DNA from: Candidatus Saccharimonadales bacterium
GTDB taxonomy: Bacteria > Patescibacteriota > Saccharimonadia > Saccharimonadales > DATKHC01
Direction of reading: 5' to 3'
NCBI GenBank assembly: GCA_038317055.1
Contig: JBBQBA010000002.1
Coordinates: 182,967 to 246,966, forward strand
DNA: 64,000 nt
This document shows positions 31,598 through 41,466 of the stretch, one piece after another (the stretch's first letter is position 1; every line of letters starts with the position of its first letter). A model generated the notes under the pieces. The model ran no database searches. It was given only the letters and a program-made list of their open reading frames with translations, and was not told the origin of the DNA. The position numbers and the translations under genes were made by a program.

Positions 31598-32463
31598 TGT
31601 TGTATTGCCTCCGCCCCACCAGTTATTTCTGCTAATTCTTGGGTTATTGCTGCTTGTCGAGCAGTATTGAACTCTAGTGTAAGGTCATCAATTATATCAG
31701 ATGCGTTATCAGTAGCGTTCTTCATTGCTAACATTCTCATTGAATGTTCACTAGCTAGGCTCTCAAGTAAAGACTGCCATAGCTGTACTTCAATAAGTCT
31801 AGCGGTAACATTATCTAGTACCACTTCAACTGAAGGTTCAAAATTTGTAAAGCTGGTTGACTTAGATTCAGCAACATCTGAAGCCTCGGCAGGTAATAGA
31901 CTCAACTCTGAGGCAATTTGCACAAGATTAGATTTGTATACTGTATATAAAATCTCTACGCTATCAACAGTCTTATTTCGATATTGATCAATAATTGTGT
32001 TGAGAATCGGTTTAATGTCTTGTTCTGTAGGAGCATCACCAAATGCCGGGTATACCGCAAGAAGATTAATATCTTTTAATCGTCTTACATGCTGAGCACC
32101 TTGATTACCTATGGCGATAATATTGCTTTTAATACCTTCATTTCGATCTTTAATAACCGCATTTGTAAGAAGCTTAGACACATTAGAGTTATAAGCTCCA
32201 GCTAGAGTTGAGTTACTAGTTATTAAAATGTATAGCTTGGATTTAATCGTCCGCTTTTCAAATAGTGGGTGTATGGCTACCTCCGAATTTGCACTGAGTC
32301 TAGCCAGTAAATCGTAGGCAAGCTTTTGATAGTCTCGACTTTTTAATGCTCTCTCCTGAGCACGACGCATTTTACTAGCTGAAACCATTTCCATAGCTTT
32401 TGTAATTTGCTTTGTGCTCTTTATTGAACCGATTCGTCGTTTCAATACAATAGTATTTGCCAT
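31594..32463 (-). CDS. atpG: ATP synthase F1 gamma subunit
   Basis: QITKAMEMVSASK, RQAAITQELAEI. Confidence 0.97.
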
Positions 32464-32466
32464 AGA

Positions 32467-34017
32467 CTATTTAACCGCCTTTGGTTTTTCGCCTTCATAA
32501 CTTTTTGCTACATTTTTAGCAATTGTAATAATCGAATTTCGATCAGCTTCTTTAGGTTCCGCTCCAGTATTAATCTCTTCAGTTAGTTTTAGGTGCTTCT
32601 GACTCATCTCACGAAGTAAACTATCTTCCGCAGCCTTAATTTTCTCTACAGGTACTATGTCAAAACAACCTTCAGTTGCAGCAAGTAGTGAAACGTACAT
32701 TTGCCATATAGCTTGGGGATTATATTGATGCTGCTTAAGAAGTTCGGTTAGTCTTTGGCCACGTTCGATTCGATGTCTAGTCTCATCATCTAGATCAGTT
32801 GAGAACTGAGAAAATGCTGCTAATTCTCTAAATTGCGCCAGGTCAATTCGTAGACCCTTAGCAACGCTTTTAACAGCTTTAGTTTGAGCTGCTCCACCAA
32901 CACGACTTACTGAAAGTCCAACAGAAATAGCTGGTCTAATACCCTGATAAAACAAGTTTGTTTCCATAAAGATCTGTCCATCAGTAATTGAAATAACATT
33001 GGTTGGAATATAAGCACTAATATCACCGGCTTGAGTTTCAATTATTGGAAGGGCAGTAAGACTTCCGCCACCAAGCTCATCATTAAGTTTTGCTGCACGC
33101 TCAAGTAGTCTTGAATGGAGGTAGAAAACATCGCCAGGGTAAGCTTCACGGCCCGGTGGACGACGTAGCAATAAACTCATTTGACGATAGGCAACAGCAT
33201 GTTTTGATAGATCATCATAGATAATTAGAGCGTGTTTTTTATTGTCTCGGAAATATTCACCAATCGCACAACCTGCGTATGGAGCCAAGTATAGGAGAGC
33301 TGCAGGATCAGCAGGACTGGTTGCAACTACAATCGATTGATCCATCACGCCTTCACGCTTTAGTCGTTCAATCAGTCTTGCAACTTTACTAGATTTTTGT
33401 CCGATAGCTACGTAGATATTTATAACACCAGTTTTTTGTTTGTGTTGGTTGATCATCGTATCTACGGCAATTGCAGTCTTTCCGGTCTGTCTGTCTCCAA
33501 TAAGAAGTTCTCTTTGGCCACGACCAATTGGCACCATAGCGTCAATTGCAGTTATACCTGTCATCAATGGTTCAAACACACTTTTTCGAGCAAGTACGCC
33601 AGGTGCAGTTCGCTCAATTTTACTATTTTGTTTGGATTTAATTGGTTCACCACCATCTAATGGATTACCTAGGGGATCGATAACTCGTCCGATTAATTCG
33701 TCACCAACTGGGATTTCTAGTACCTTACCAGATAGTCTAACTTTTGCTCCGGCTTTGATATCAATATCTTCACCAAGAAGCACAGCACCGATTTCATCAC
33801 TACCTAAATTAAAGGCGAAAGCCGTAACTTTGCCGCCAGATGTCGAATCGATTTCAAGCATTTCACTGAAACCACATTTTGTTAGTCCATAAATCCAGGC
33901 GATTCCATCACCAACTCTGGTTACAACTCCAACACTCTCGATCTCCGGCCGATTTTTAAGCTCAGCGATAGCAGATCGAATGTCATTGGATAGGTCTTTA
34001 ATAGATAGTTCGCTCAC
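32467..34017 (-). CDS. atpA: ATP synthase F1 alpha subunit
   Basis: [19 protein letters not shown]. Confidence 0.98.
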   Translation of the reverse strand: MSELSIKDLSNDIRSAIAELKNRPEIESVGVVTRVGDGIAWIYGLTKCGFSEMLEIDSTSGGKVTAFAFNLGSDEIGAVLLGEDIDIKAGAKVRLSGKVLEIPVGDELIGRVIDPLGNPLDGGEPIKSKQNSKIERTAPGVLARKSVFEPLMTGITAIDAMVPIGRGQRELLIGDRQTGKTAIAVDTMINQHKQKTGVINIYVAIGQKSSKVARLIERLKREGVMDQSIVVATSPADPAALLYLAPYAGCAIGEYFRDNKKHALIIYDDLSKHAVAYRQMSLLLRRPPGREAYPGDVFYLHSRLLERAAKLNDELGGGSLTALPIIETQAGDISAYIPTNVISITDGQIFMETNLFYQGIRPAISVGLSVSRVGGAAQTKAVKSVAKGLRIDLAQFRELAAFSQFSTDLDDETRHRIERGQRLTELLKQHQYNPQAIWQMYVSLLAATEGCFDIVPVEKIKAAEDSLLREMSQKHLKLTEEINTGAEPKEADRNSIITIAKNVAKSYEGEKPKAVK

Positions 34018-34029
34018 TGATTACTCCTT

Positions 34030-34425
34030 TCAAGAAACAGATAATTGTTTAAATTTATTAAGTTTAGACTCGACAGATAAATCAAGCTGCTGATTTGGTA
34101 GTTCTAGTCTAACGCCAGCGATAATACTCGGATCATACTGTTTCGAGATAATTATTTTCTTAGCTTTAGGATAGAGCTTCTTAACTTCAGACTTGATGTC
34201 AGCCTCTACTTTATTTGATATATCATATGCACTAATTGCTGTAACTTCAACACTACCATCGTCTGCCCAATATTGTTGAACATCGCGAACGATTGAATCC
34301 ACGTCGTTTGTTCGATGCTCGGTAATTAAATATGCAGCAATTTCTCGTCCTAGCTTTTTTGTAATGCCATGAGCTAGAGTGTCATCTGCTACAAACTTAG
34401 ATATCTTGTGTCTTGGCGTTTTCAC
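34030..34425 (-). CDS. atpH: ATP synthase delta subunit (short form)
   Basis: VTAISA...DPSIIAGV...DLSV; operon position. Confidence 0.85.
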   Translation of the reverse strand: MKTPRHKISKFVADDTLAHGITKKLGREIAAYLITEHRTNDVDSIVRDVQQYWADDGSVEVTAISAYDISNKVEADIKSEVKKLYPKAKKIIISKQYDPSIIAGVRLELPNQQLDLSVESKLNKFKQLSVS

Positions 34426-34958
34426 GTTGTACTCCTAGATCGAAGTACTCTATCAATAAGAGCAGCATCTTTCTTTGAATCAATTTTCTCGTCAATAATT
34501 GCTTCTGTTGCTTCAGATATTAAGCCTACGATTTCTTTTTCAAGTTCTTTGCGCGCCTTAGCTGTTTCCAGTTGAATCTTTTCTTGAGCTTCTTTAGAAA
34601 TCTGTTCAACTTTTTTCTTAGCATCATCTTCGGCTGCTACAACTAACTCTCGAGCTTCTTGTTGAGCAGAATCAATGATAGTGTCAGCTTGAGACCGTGC
34701 TTCACGTAGTTTTATTGCTACTTCATCTTCTAATTCAGCACTTTTCTTTTTCATCTCTTCACCAAGTTGTACGCCACTATCAATTAATTTTCGACGATCA
34801 GCCATAATTTTTAATATTGGCTTAAAGGCAAATTTTTTCAGAATCAAAAAGACGATCACAAAACTTATGATCTGGATTAGGAAAGCTTGACCGTTAAGAC
34901 CAAGGGCACCTAGACCTGATTGGTTAACGTCGCTAAAACTATTTATTAATGGATGCAT
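34422..34958 (-). CDS. atpF: ATP synthase Fo b subunit
   Basis: QIISF...KFAFKPI...R then coiled coil. Confidence 0.93.
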   Translation of the reverse strand: MHPLINSFSDVNQSGLGALGLNGQAFLIQIISFVIVFLILKKFAFKPILKIMADRRKLIDSGVQLGEEMKKKSAELEDEVAIKLREARSQADTIIDSAQQEARELVVAAEDDAKKKVEQISKEAQEKIQLETAKARKELEKEIVGLISEATEAIIDEKIDSKKDAALIDRVLRSRSTT

Positions 34959-34978
34959 CTTTTTTTAAACTTAATTCC

Positions 34979-35209
34979 TTATTTGACGATAAATATTGAG
35001 GCGAATGCAAGTAGTCCAAAAAGCTCAACAATAGCCACGAAGACTAATGCTTGACCTAAGAACTTTGAAGCCTCTGGGTTTCGACCAACGGCTTGCATAT
35101 AACTGCCACCAATTAGACCGATACCAATTGCTGGTCCGATAAATCCGCCACCGATCATAAGGCCTTTTGCGATAACTGCGGTGTTGACTGTATCTGCTAC
35201 GGTAATCAT
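34979..35209 (-). CDS. atpE: ATP synthase Fo c subunit
   Basis: GxGxG-type helix, RNPE loop, conserved Glu in AIVE. Confidence 0.95.
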   Translation of the reverse strand: MITVADTVNTAVIAKGLMIGGGFIGPAIGIGLIGGSYMQAVGRNPEASKFLGQALVFVAIVELFGLLAFASIFIVK

Positions 35210-35275
35210 ATTATTTTATTATCTCCTTTAATTACTTTCTTTAAAATTTTTACAAAACAAAAATATGCCCAAAAC

Positions 35276-36106
35276 CTACTCTGTCTGTAGACTCATTGTT
35301 TCAGGAACACTATCTTCGGTCAAGTCCTCATGTTCAGTTGAGGAGTTAACAGAGATAGCTAAATAGTTAACACTAAGCACAACAAATATATATGCTTGTA
35401 GTGCTCCAACAAATATTTCGATCGCGTAAAAAGGTGCTGAAGTTATTGGCGCGACAATACCGCCTAGATATGCAAATACAACAATTACAATCTCGCCGAT
35501 GGTCACATTAAGAAAAAGTCGAATAGATAGGCTTATCACTCTAGTCAGATCAAGTAGTAGCTCAAGTGATCCGATAAATAAATATAGTGGATTTTTAGGA
35601 CTACCAACGAAGAAATGACTGAAATATTGCTTGGCACCAACTTCTCGAATTGAACTAGTGTAGACATAAATCATTGTAATAACACCTGCTGCTAGAGTCG
35701 CATTTAGATCTCCGGTAAAGGGTCTAAACAGTGGTTGTCCATTATAGACAATTGCCTCGCCAACTCCCGGAACTAAACCAAGCCAGTTGTTGATTAAAAT
35801 AAAAAAGAACAGGGTAACGAAATATGGAATATATTTTTTAGCCCGTTCTTTATCTTGGAAACTGGAAGTCACCACATTTGTCATAAAATCTACGCCGGCT
35901 TCGACATATTGAATAATTCCGCCGCGAGTTTTAACTTTAACCTTTAGGGCAACAACTATAAGGGTTACAATCATTAAAAGGGCACAAATCCAACCGTAAA
36001 AGATTGAATTAGTAATAGTTATGTTACCAATTTTGAATAAGGGATCAGAACTTGTATGAACAATCGGGCCTGCAGCTGCAACTACTCGAGATAATCCACC
36101 TATCAT
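35276..36106 (-). CDS. atpB: ATP synthase Fo a subunit
   Basis: NWLGLVP, SLSIRLFLN, LQAYIF. Confidence 0.95.
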   Translation of the reverse strand: MIGGLSRVVAAAGPIVHTSSDPLFKIGNITITNSIFYGWICALLMIVTLIVVALKVKVKTRGGIIQYVEAGVDFMTNVVTSSFQDKERAKKYIPYFVTLFFFILINNWLGLVPGVGEAIVYNGQPLFRPFTGDLNATLAAGVITMIYVYTSSIREVGAKQYFSHFFVGSPKNPLYLFIGSLELLLDLTRVISLSIRLFLNVTIGEIVIVVFAYLGGIVAPITSAPFYAIEIFVGALQAYIFVVLSVNYLAISVNSSTEHEDLTEDSVPETMSLQTE

Positions 36107-36402
36107 TATTTTTGATCCTTATATACTTTTACGTTAAATTCATCCATTGTTTTCTTGATAACTAGAGTAGTTAGAATCATGGCAATAATAAAGCCAGTAA
36201 TTGTCCAATCAGGTAGATTGTTATATTTAACATCTAGTTTATAGCCACCGACAATTGGGATTAAAACAACTATTGCTAATTTCCAGAGCATATTAAGGGA
36301 AGCACCAATAAATTGGTTTCCTGGGGTTACCTCTTTTTTTGGTGTCTGCGCGTCATCTTTAGAGTGGGCTGCCGTCGGATGTGGCACTGCAGTCTTGATC
36401 AT
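36106..36402 (-). CDS. AtpZ/AtpI-family ATP synthase accessory protein
   Basis: Two TMs with GGYKLD, first gene of the atp operon. Confidence 0.75.
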   Translation of the reverse strand: MIKTAVPHPTAAHSKDDAQTPKKEVTPGNQFIGASLNMLWKLAIVVLIPIVGGYKLDVKYNNLPDWTITGFIIAMILTTLVIKKTMDEFNVKVYKDQK

Positions 36403-36475
36403 TTACATAATTATAGCGTTTTTAGAGGTCAGTCGCAACCTTTTAATCTGTTAGTAAAACTGATAAACTATTGTA

Positions 36476-36715
36476 ATGGTAACAGTATATTCAGCTACAT
36501 GGTGCGCATTTTGTCGTACCGCAAAAGACTATCTCGATAAACTTGGTGTTAAATACGATGTCAAAGATGTCGATCACGATGACGGTGCCGCTCAAGAATC
36601 AATGGATAAATCTCAACAGACTGGTATTCCAGTTATTGATATAGATGGGACAATAATTGTCGGCTTCGACCGTCCAAAAATTGACTCAGCTCTTCACGAA
36701 CATAAGCTTATTTAG
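36476..36715 (+). CDS. Glutaredoxin/NrdH-like redoxin
   Basis: WCAFC, GIPVI, IVGFD. Confidence 0.9.
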   Translation: MVTVYSATWCAFCRTAKDYLDKLGVKYDVKDVDHDDGAAQESMDKSQQTGIPVIDIDGTIIVGFDRPKIDSALHEHKLI

Positions 36716-36722
36716 CGTTATT

Positions 36723-36738
36723 AGTGATTATTGTCACA
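36723..36738. promoter_or_regulatory. Crp/Fnr-like box
   Basis: AGTGA-TTATTG-TCACA, 9/10 match to TGTGA-N6-TCACA. Confidence 0.5.
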
Positions 36739-36803
36739 CTATATATGGAGTGATTATGGTACAATACCTCTGATAAAATATGTTAGTTTAAGGAGTAAGT
36801 ACC

Positions 36804-37304
36804 ATGAGCGTAGAAGACATACATAACACCCAACCAACTTTCGAATTATCACATGCTGAAATTTTTGAAAGTTTTAACCCAGAAGACATTTTCGAACTAA
36901 AAACTTACCAAGAAGAAATTCTAAAATTAAACGGAGTAAGATGTTTAAGTCTCGGTCCTGTATCGCTTAAATTCATGACTACATATCCAGAAACCTCTGC
37001 ACAATTAACCACCAATGAAGATATGTACGATGGTATGGCCACCCCTGGTGGAATACCCCTAGAGGACATTATTGATGAAGACGAGGTCACCATAGCACTA
37101 TCAACCGCAAGAAACGGACTCAGAGTAGTCAGTGCGGCCGGCTTTGGTAAATCAAGTTATGTTGACACGCTCGGTAAACAAATTGAGGACGAACACGAAG
37201 AATATAGCCGAGCAATCAGAGCTAGACGGTCTGTAATAGCTTTTCTAGCGCTATCTACTATAGAAACATCAAATGAAGAAGATAGACTTCATGGTGCATC
37301 ATAA
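36804..37304 (+). CDS. Hypothetical acidic protein
   Basis: 166 aa, AAGGAG SD. Confidence 0.65.
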   Translation: MSVEDIHNTQPTFELSHAEIFESFNPEDIFELKTYQEEILKLNGVRCLSLGPVSLKFMTTYPETSAQLTTNEDMYDGMATPGGIPLEDIIDEDEVTIALSTARNGLRVVSAAGFGKSSYVDTLGKQIEDEHEEYSRAIRARRSVIAFLALSTIETSNEEDRLHGAS

Positions 37305-37325
37305 AAGATAGTATAATTTCTAATA

Positions 37326-37895
37326 ATGCCGTTTGAAGAATATAAAACAAAAAAATCAGTAGTAATTGTATATACTGGCGAAGGCAAAGGTAAAACTAGC
37401 GCTTCAATCGGTCTTCTTGGTCGTGCCCTAGGAACGAGGTGGAAAGTCGCTTTTATTCAGTTCATAAAATACTGGGGAGTTGGTGAGCATGTCTTTATTC
37501 GTGATATAGCGCCACTATATAAAGATAATCTATTTTTTTATAAGGGCGGTAAAGGCTTTTATAACGTTAAAGGTCTTAGCGAAAAAACCATAACCAAAGC
37601 TCAACATATTCAAGCAGCAAAAGAAACTTATGATCAAGCTTATAAAAAGGCAACTTCCGGTGATTTCGACTTAGTAATTTGTGATGAAATTAATAATGCA
37701 GTTAACGATGGGTTACTTAGCAAAGCCAAATTAATAGCTTTAATTAAAGATAGGTCACCTAAAACTAGTTTATGTTTAACGGGACGTAATTTCCCGATGG
37801 ATCTCCTGGGTTTGGCTGACATTGCTACCGACATGACAAAAATTAAACATCATTTCGATGATAAGTTTATTGCTAATAAGGGTATAGATTACTGA
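37326..37895 (+). CDS. cobO: Cob(I)alamin adenosyltransferase (CobO/BtuR family)
   Basis: YTGEGKGKT, IQFIK, CDEI, LTGR, GIDY. Confidence 0.9.
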   Translation: MPFEEYKTKKSVVIVYTGEGKGKTSASIGLLGRALGTRWKVAFIQFIKYWGVGEHVFIRDIAPLYKDNLFFYKGGKGFYNVKGLSEKTITKAQHIQAAKETYDQAYKKATSGDFDLVICDEINNAVNDGLLSKAKLIALIKDRSPKTSLCLTGRNFPMDLLGLADIATDMTKIKHHFDDKFIANKGIDY

Positions 37896-38713
37896 TCTAT
37901 TTTCAAACGTTTAAATAACTTAGTTTCGCTTAACTTGCCGACTTTATCGTTAATAATTATAAAAGCTGAACCGAGAAAAAGAAAAACGGCACCAAACCAG
38001 CTTAGTATCCATTTATTCATATGATGAACTCTTAGTGTTTTAGGCCAAAGCTGTAAATACTTCCACAATTTGTCTCTGTCGGTTAGGACTCGTCTCATAA
38101 ATACAGCTACATAAATTCCCGAATCATAAAAAATCTGATAACCAAGTATATGTAAGTGAATAGCTAAATCAAGATCCTCGTGAATGTCATTACGTGCACA
38201 AGTTTGTTTTTTAACATCTTTCCACTGCTTTTGAGTTATCGCCATAGTTGAGCCCCAAAGAACGTAATGTCCAAGCAAAAACCGATTAAAACGAAAAGTT
38301 ATTTGAGATTGCATATAGCCACTTAGCTTAGGAAAATGTACATTATAAAAGTATCCCGCACTTGTCCAAGCTATATTTTTATTTGCATCTTTTGAGTAAA
38401 ATTCTTTTATTCTTTCTACCCAGTGGTTTGGCAGTACTGTATCGGCGTCAATTCTGGCAATAATGTTGTATTTTGCTGAGTTAAAGCCTTTATTTCGTGC
38501 AAAATAGATACCTTGTTCTCGCTCCTGAATAACCTTAACGAAGCTGAACTTTTGAGCAATATTAACAGTATTATCAGTTGAGTTATTATCAACCACAATT
38601 ACCTCATCTGGCATAATAGTCTGAATCTTTACTGCATCGAGGCAAAGCTTTAGATGGCGTGATTCATTATATGCTGGTATAACTAATGTAAGCTTAAGCG
38701 AGTTATTTTTCAT
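37889..38713 (-). CDS. Glycosyltransferase family 2
   Basis: VIPAYNE, VDNNSTD, RIDAD, HED, C-terminal TM. Confidence 0.92.
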   Translation of the reverse strand: MKNNSLKLTLVIPAYNESRHLKLCLDAVKIQTIMPDEVIVVDNNSTDNTVNIAQKFSFVKVIQEREQGIYFARNKGFNSAKYNIIARIDADTVLPNHWVERIKEFYSKDANKNIAWTSAGYFYNVHFPKLSGYMQSQITFRFNRFLLGHYVLWGSTMAITQKQWKDVKKQTCARNDIHEDLDLAIHLHILGYQIFYDSGIYVAVFMRRVLTDRDKLWKYLQLWPKTLRVHHMNKWILSWFGAVFLFLGSAFIIINDKVGKLSETKLFKRLKIDQ

Positions 38714-38730
38714 TTAAAGTATCATTTATT

Positions 38731-39867
38731 ATGACACAAAAAGTCTATAGACATATTAACCTACACAAGAATATCTGGCGTACATTTAAGTCTTGGTGGA
38801 AGAAAAAATGGTGGCACAAAGCATTAATAATATTATTTGTATTATTTTGGCTTGCTATTGGAACTATGTATTCAATAGGTCAATGGTATATTCACCAACA
38901 AAGTACGAAGCCATATGATCTTGGGCTATCTTTTGTGCCGGATTACGCCGCCTATTTAGGTGTTGATCCTCATCAAACACTTAATGCACTACTAACGGAT
39001 ATGCAGATAACCAATATTCGATATGTCAGTTACTGGCCGAACATAGAACCATCACCGGGTCAATTTGATTTCACTGAGCTAGATTATGAGTTTCAACAAG
39101 CAAATATTCACAACGTAAAAGTAAATTTAAGTCTTGGTCTTCGGCAACCTCGTTGGCCAGAATGTCATATTCCGCTCTGGGTAGGTAATGAACCATATAA
39201 AACCTGGGAACCGCAACTCTTGACCTTCATAGGTGCAGTAGTTGACCGATATAAAAATAATCCAGCACTAGGCTCCTACGAACTAGAAAATGAGTATTTT
39301 CTAAAAGCTTTCGGTACCTGTACTAATTATTCAAGAGATAGACTGGTTGCAGAATATAACTTAGTTAAGGGAATTGATAACAAGCACACAATTATAGTTA
39401 GTCGAAGTAACAATGCTATAGGAGTACCGATAGGTAGACCAACACCAGAGGAATTCGGTGTATCAATTTATAAACGAGTTTGGGACAGCACTTTAACTCA
39501 TCGTTATTTTGAATATCCTATCCCAGCTTGGTACTACGGCTTTTTAGCTGGAACGGAAGAACTCGTTACTGGTAAAAACACCATAATTCATGAGCTACAA
39601 GCCGAGCCCTGGCCGCCTACAGATATGGTAGTTGCATCCCAAAAAGAACAAGCAAAATCTATGAATGCACAAACACTAGCAAACCGTTTTGAATACGGTA
39701 AAGCTACTGGCATGAAAACAATTGATATGTGGGGAGCTGAGTGGTGGTATTACGAAAAAATTAAATTCAATAATCCAAGCGATTGGAATGTTGCTAAGTC
39801 GGAATATGTACAAGCTGCCGTACACAACCAATTACTATCTCAAAAGAATCAATCCCAACATAATTAA
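38731..39867 (+). CDS. Membrane-anchored clan GH-A glycoside hydrolase-like protein
   Basis: N-terminal TM; WPNIEPSPGQFDF, acid/base ENE, nucleophile HELQAEPW, WGAEW. Confidence 0.75.
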   Translation: MTQKVYRHINLHKNIWRTFKSWWKKKWWHKALIILFVLFWLAIGTMYSIGQWYIHQQSTKPYDLGLSFVPDYAAYLGVDPHQTLNALLTDMQITNIRYVSYWPNIEPSPGQFDFTELDYEFQQANIHNVKVNLSLGLRQPRWPECHIPLWVGNEPYKTWEPQLLTFIGAVVDRYKNNPALGSYELENEYFLKAFGTCTNYSRDRLVAEYNLVKGIDNKHTIIVSRSNNAIGVPIGRPTPEEFGVSIYKRVWDSTLTHRYFEYPIPAWYYGFLAGTEELVTGKNTIIHELQAEPWPPTDMVVASQKEQAKSMNAQTLANRFEYGKATGMKTIDMWGAEWWYYEKIKFNNPSDWNVAKSEYVQAAVHNQLLSQKNQSQHN

Positions 39868-39907
39868 CTGTTTTGATACTCTGTTAAATTAGTTCATACT
39901 ATTGCAC

Positions 39908-40366
39908 ATGGTTAAGCAAAAGAAGCAACCGAAGTCAATTTCTAATCGACGAGCAAGATTCGATTATGAGATCAAGGACACCCTCATAGCGGGAGTTCAG
40001 TTAACTGGTGCCGAAACTCGAGCAATTCGTCAAGGTCAAGTCGATATTAAAGGCTCATATGTAACTGTTAAAGACGGTGAACTTTGGCTTACTAATGTTA
40101 CTGTTAGCGGTTCTAATGCAGCGCCAATTGAAGAAGTTGATAAAACTAGAAGCCGAAAGTTGCTAATAAAAAGCCGAGAAATTAAAGAATTTATTGAAGC
40201 AAAAGACCAGGGCAGCACTATAGTTCCGTTAGAAATTTTAAATGCTGGAAAATACATAAAAGTAAGAATCGGCTACGGTAAAGGTAAGAAGCTTTACGAT
40301 AAACGTGCTGTACTAAAAGCTAGAGATGATAAACGTGACGTAGGCAGATTTATTAAAGGTAATTAA
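39908..40366 (+). CDS. smpB: SsrA-binding protein
   Basis: NRRARFDY, AGVQLTGAE, RKLL, GKGKKLYDKR; ATG 39908. Confidence 0.95.
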   Translation: MVKQKKQPKSISNRRARFDYEIKDTLIAGVQLTGAETRAIRQGQVDIKGSYVTVKDGELWLTNVTVSGSNAAPIEEVDKTRSRKLLIKSREIKEFIEAKDQGSTIVPLEILNAGKYIKVRIGYGKGKKLYDKRAVLKARDDKRDVGRFIKGN

Positions 40367-40369
40367 AAT

Positions 40370-40945
40370 TTAATCTTCAAGTTCTGGAAATGGATTAGAT
40401 AGTGCCCAATCATCTAAAAAATCTCCAACAATGCCAAGAAGAACTTTACCCAATCCTCGAACTCGGTTTAGTTTACCTTCCGTGTATTGATCTAGAATAA
40501 CTGGAATATTTATTTGCCAGTTATCATAATCATGATTAACTTCTGGCAAAATAAATAACTTACTATCTGGTTTAGGTATAACCAATACAAAATCATTTCT
40601 TCGTTCTTTTATTGAGGTAGTTCTAAAATACCCGTATTGTTGCCTTAACGCACTTGAAGTCCTAGCGGTTTTCTTTAAATCATAATCATGAGAATGTAAA
40701 ACTTCTTCAAACAATTTAAAACTTACCAATTCTCCAACATTATTAAGTATACCGCTGGGTTTAAATGGTTTTTCTTCAGTAATTTTTTGTCTATTTAACA
40801 ACTCACCTTGAACCGCAGAAACAACAAAGTTCTGACGATGATCTCTAATTTCACTTTGAATAATATCAGCTTCAGATGTATCTAGTGGTAACTCAACATC
40901 ATAAGCTTGAGACCAATGAATAATTTGCTCGGTAGTTAATTTCAT
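40370..40945 (-). CDS. Hypothetical protein with a possible C-terminal HhH-like motif
   Basis: 191 aa; LNRVRGLGK. Confidence 0.6.
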   Translation of the reverse strand: MKLTTEQIIHWSQAYDVELPLDTSEADIIQSEIRDHRQNFVVSAVQGELLNRQKITEEKPFKPSGILNNVGELVSFKLFEEVLHSHDYDLKKTARTSSALRQQYGYFRTTSIKERRNDFVLVIPKPDSKLFILPEVNHDYDNWQINIPVILDQYTEGKLNRVRGLGKVLLGIVGDFLDDWALSNPFPELED

Positions 40946-41010
40946 ATCAATATACTATTATACAATTTTATTAAACTTTATGCTAATACTATCTATATGA
41001 GGTAAGGGTA

Positions 41011-41466
41011 TTGCCTTTAACTTTAAATGATTATATTGTTATATTCATGGTAAAAAAACTAGAAAACGAATTATTAAAAGTTGCAGGTGACATAGCCAGG
41101 TACGGAAATGAAGTTAGGCCATTTCTTGCTGATGAAAAACATATAGCCTGGTCAAGTTTAAATAAACAGTTTGAATTAAAGATGCAAGCTGTAATTAGCC
41201 ACCCTATTTATAACGATGAGGGGTTTAGTGTAGTATGGGCAAGATTGGGTTACTATGAACCGGACGAAGGTGCTGATATAACTGTTGACGTTAACAGACC
41301 TAATACAATTTCCGATGATGATGGTTTTGCTGAGTTTATACTAAATGGATTTCGAACTAACTTTAAACCAAACCCAAACCGATTATATATTCCTTATATA
41401 GAAGGAATTCAGTCACCTTTTTCTCCTGCATTTATTTCAGAAGCAAATAATTGTATAACTTCTTAG
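41011..41466 (+). CDS. Hypothetical protein (start may be ATG 41047)
   Basis: ORF track; no motif. Confidence 0.55.
   Translation: MPLTLNDYIVIFMVKKLENELLKVAGDIARYGNEVRPFLADEKHIAWSSLNKQFELKMQAVISHPIYNDEGFSVVWARLGYYEPDEGADITVDVNRPNTISDDDGFAEFILNGFRTNFKPNPNRLYIPYIEGIQSPFSPAFISEANNCITS

Noticed and set aside
31667-33892. + strand ORFs inside atpG and atpA
   Set aside because: Antisense shadows of conserved genes
34979-35209. Na+-coupled ATP synthase
   Set aside because: The c subunit lacks the Q...E[ST] sodium-binding signature; H+ type is more likely
39868-40400. tmRNA (ssrA) next to smpB
   Set aside because: No room and no tRNA-like ends in the flanks
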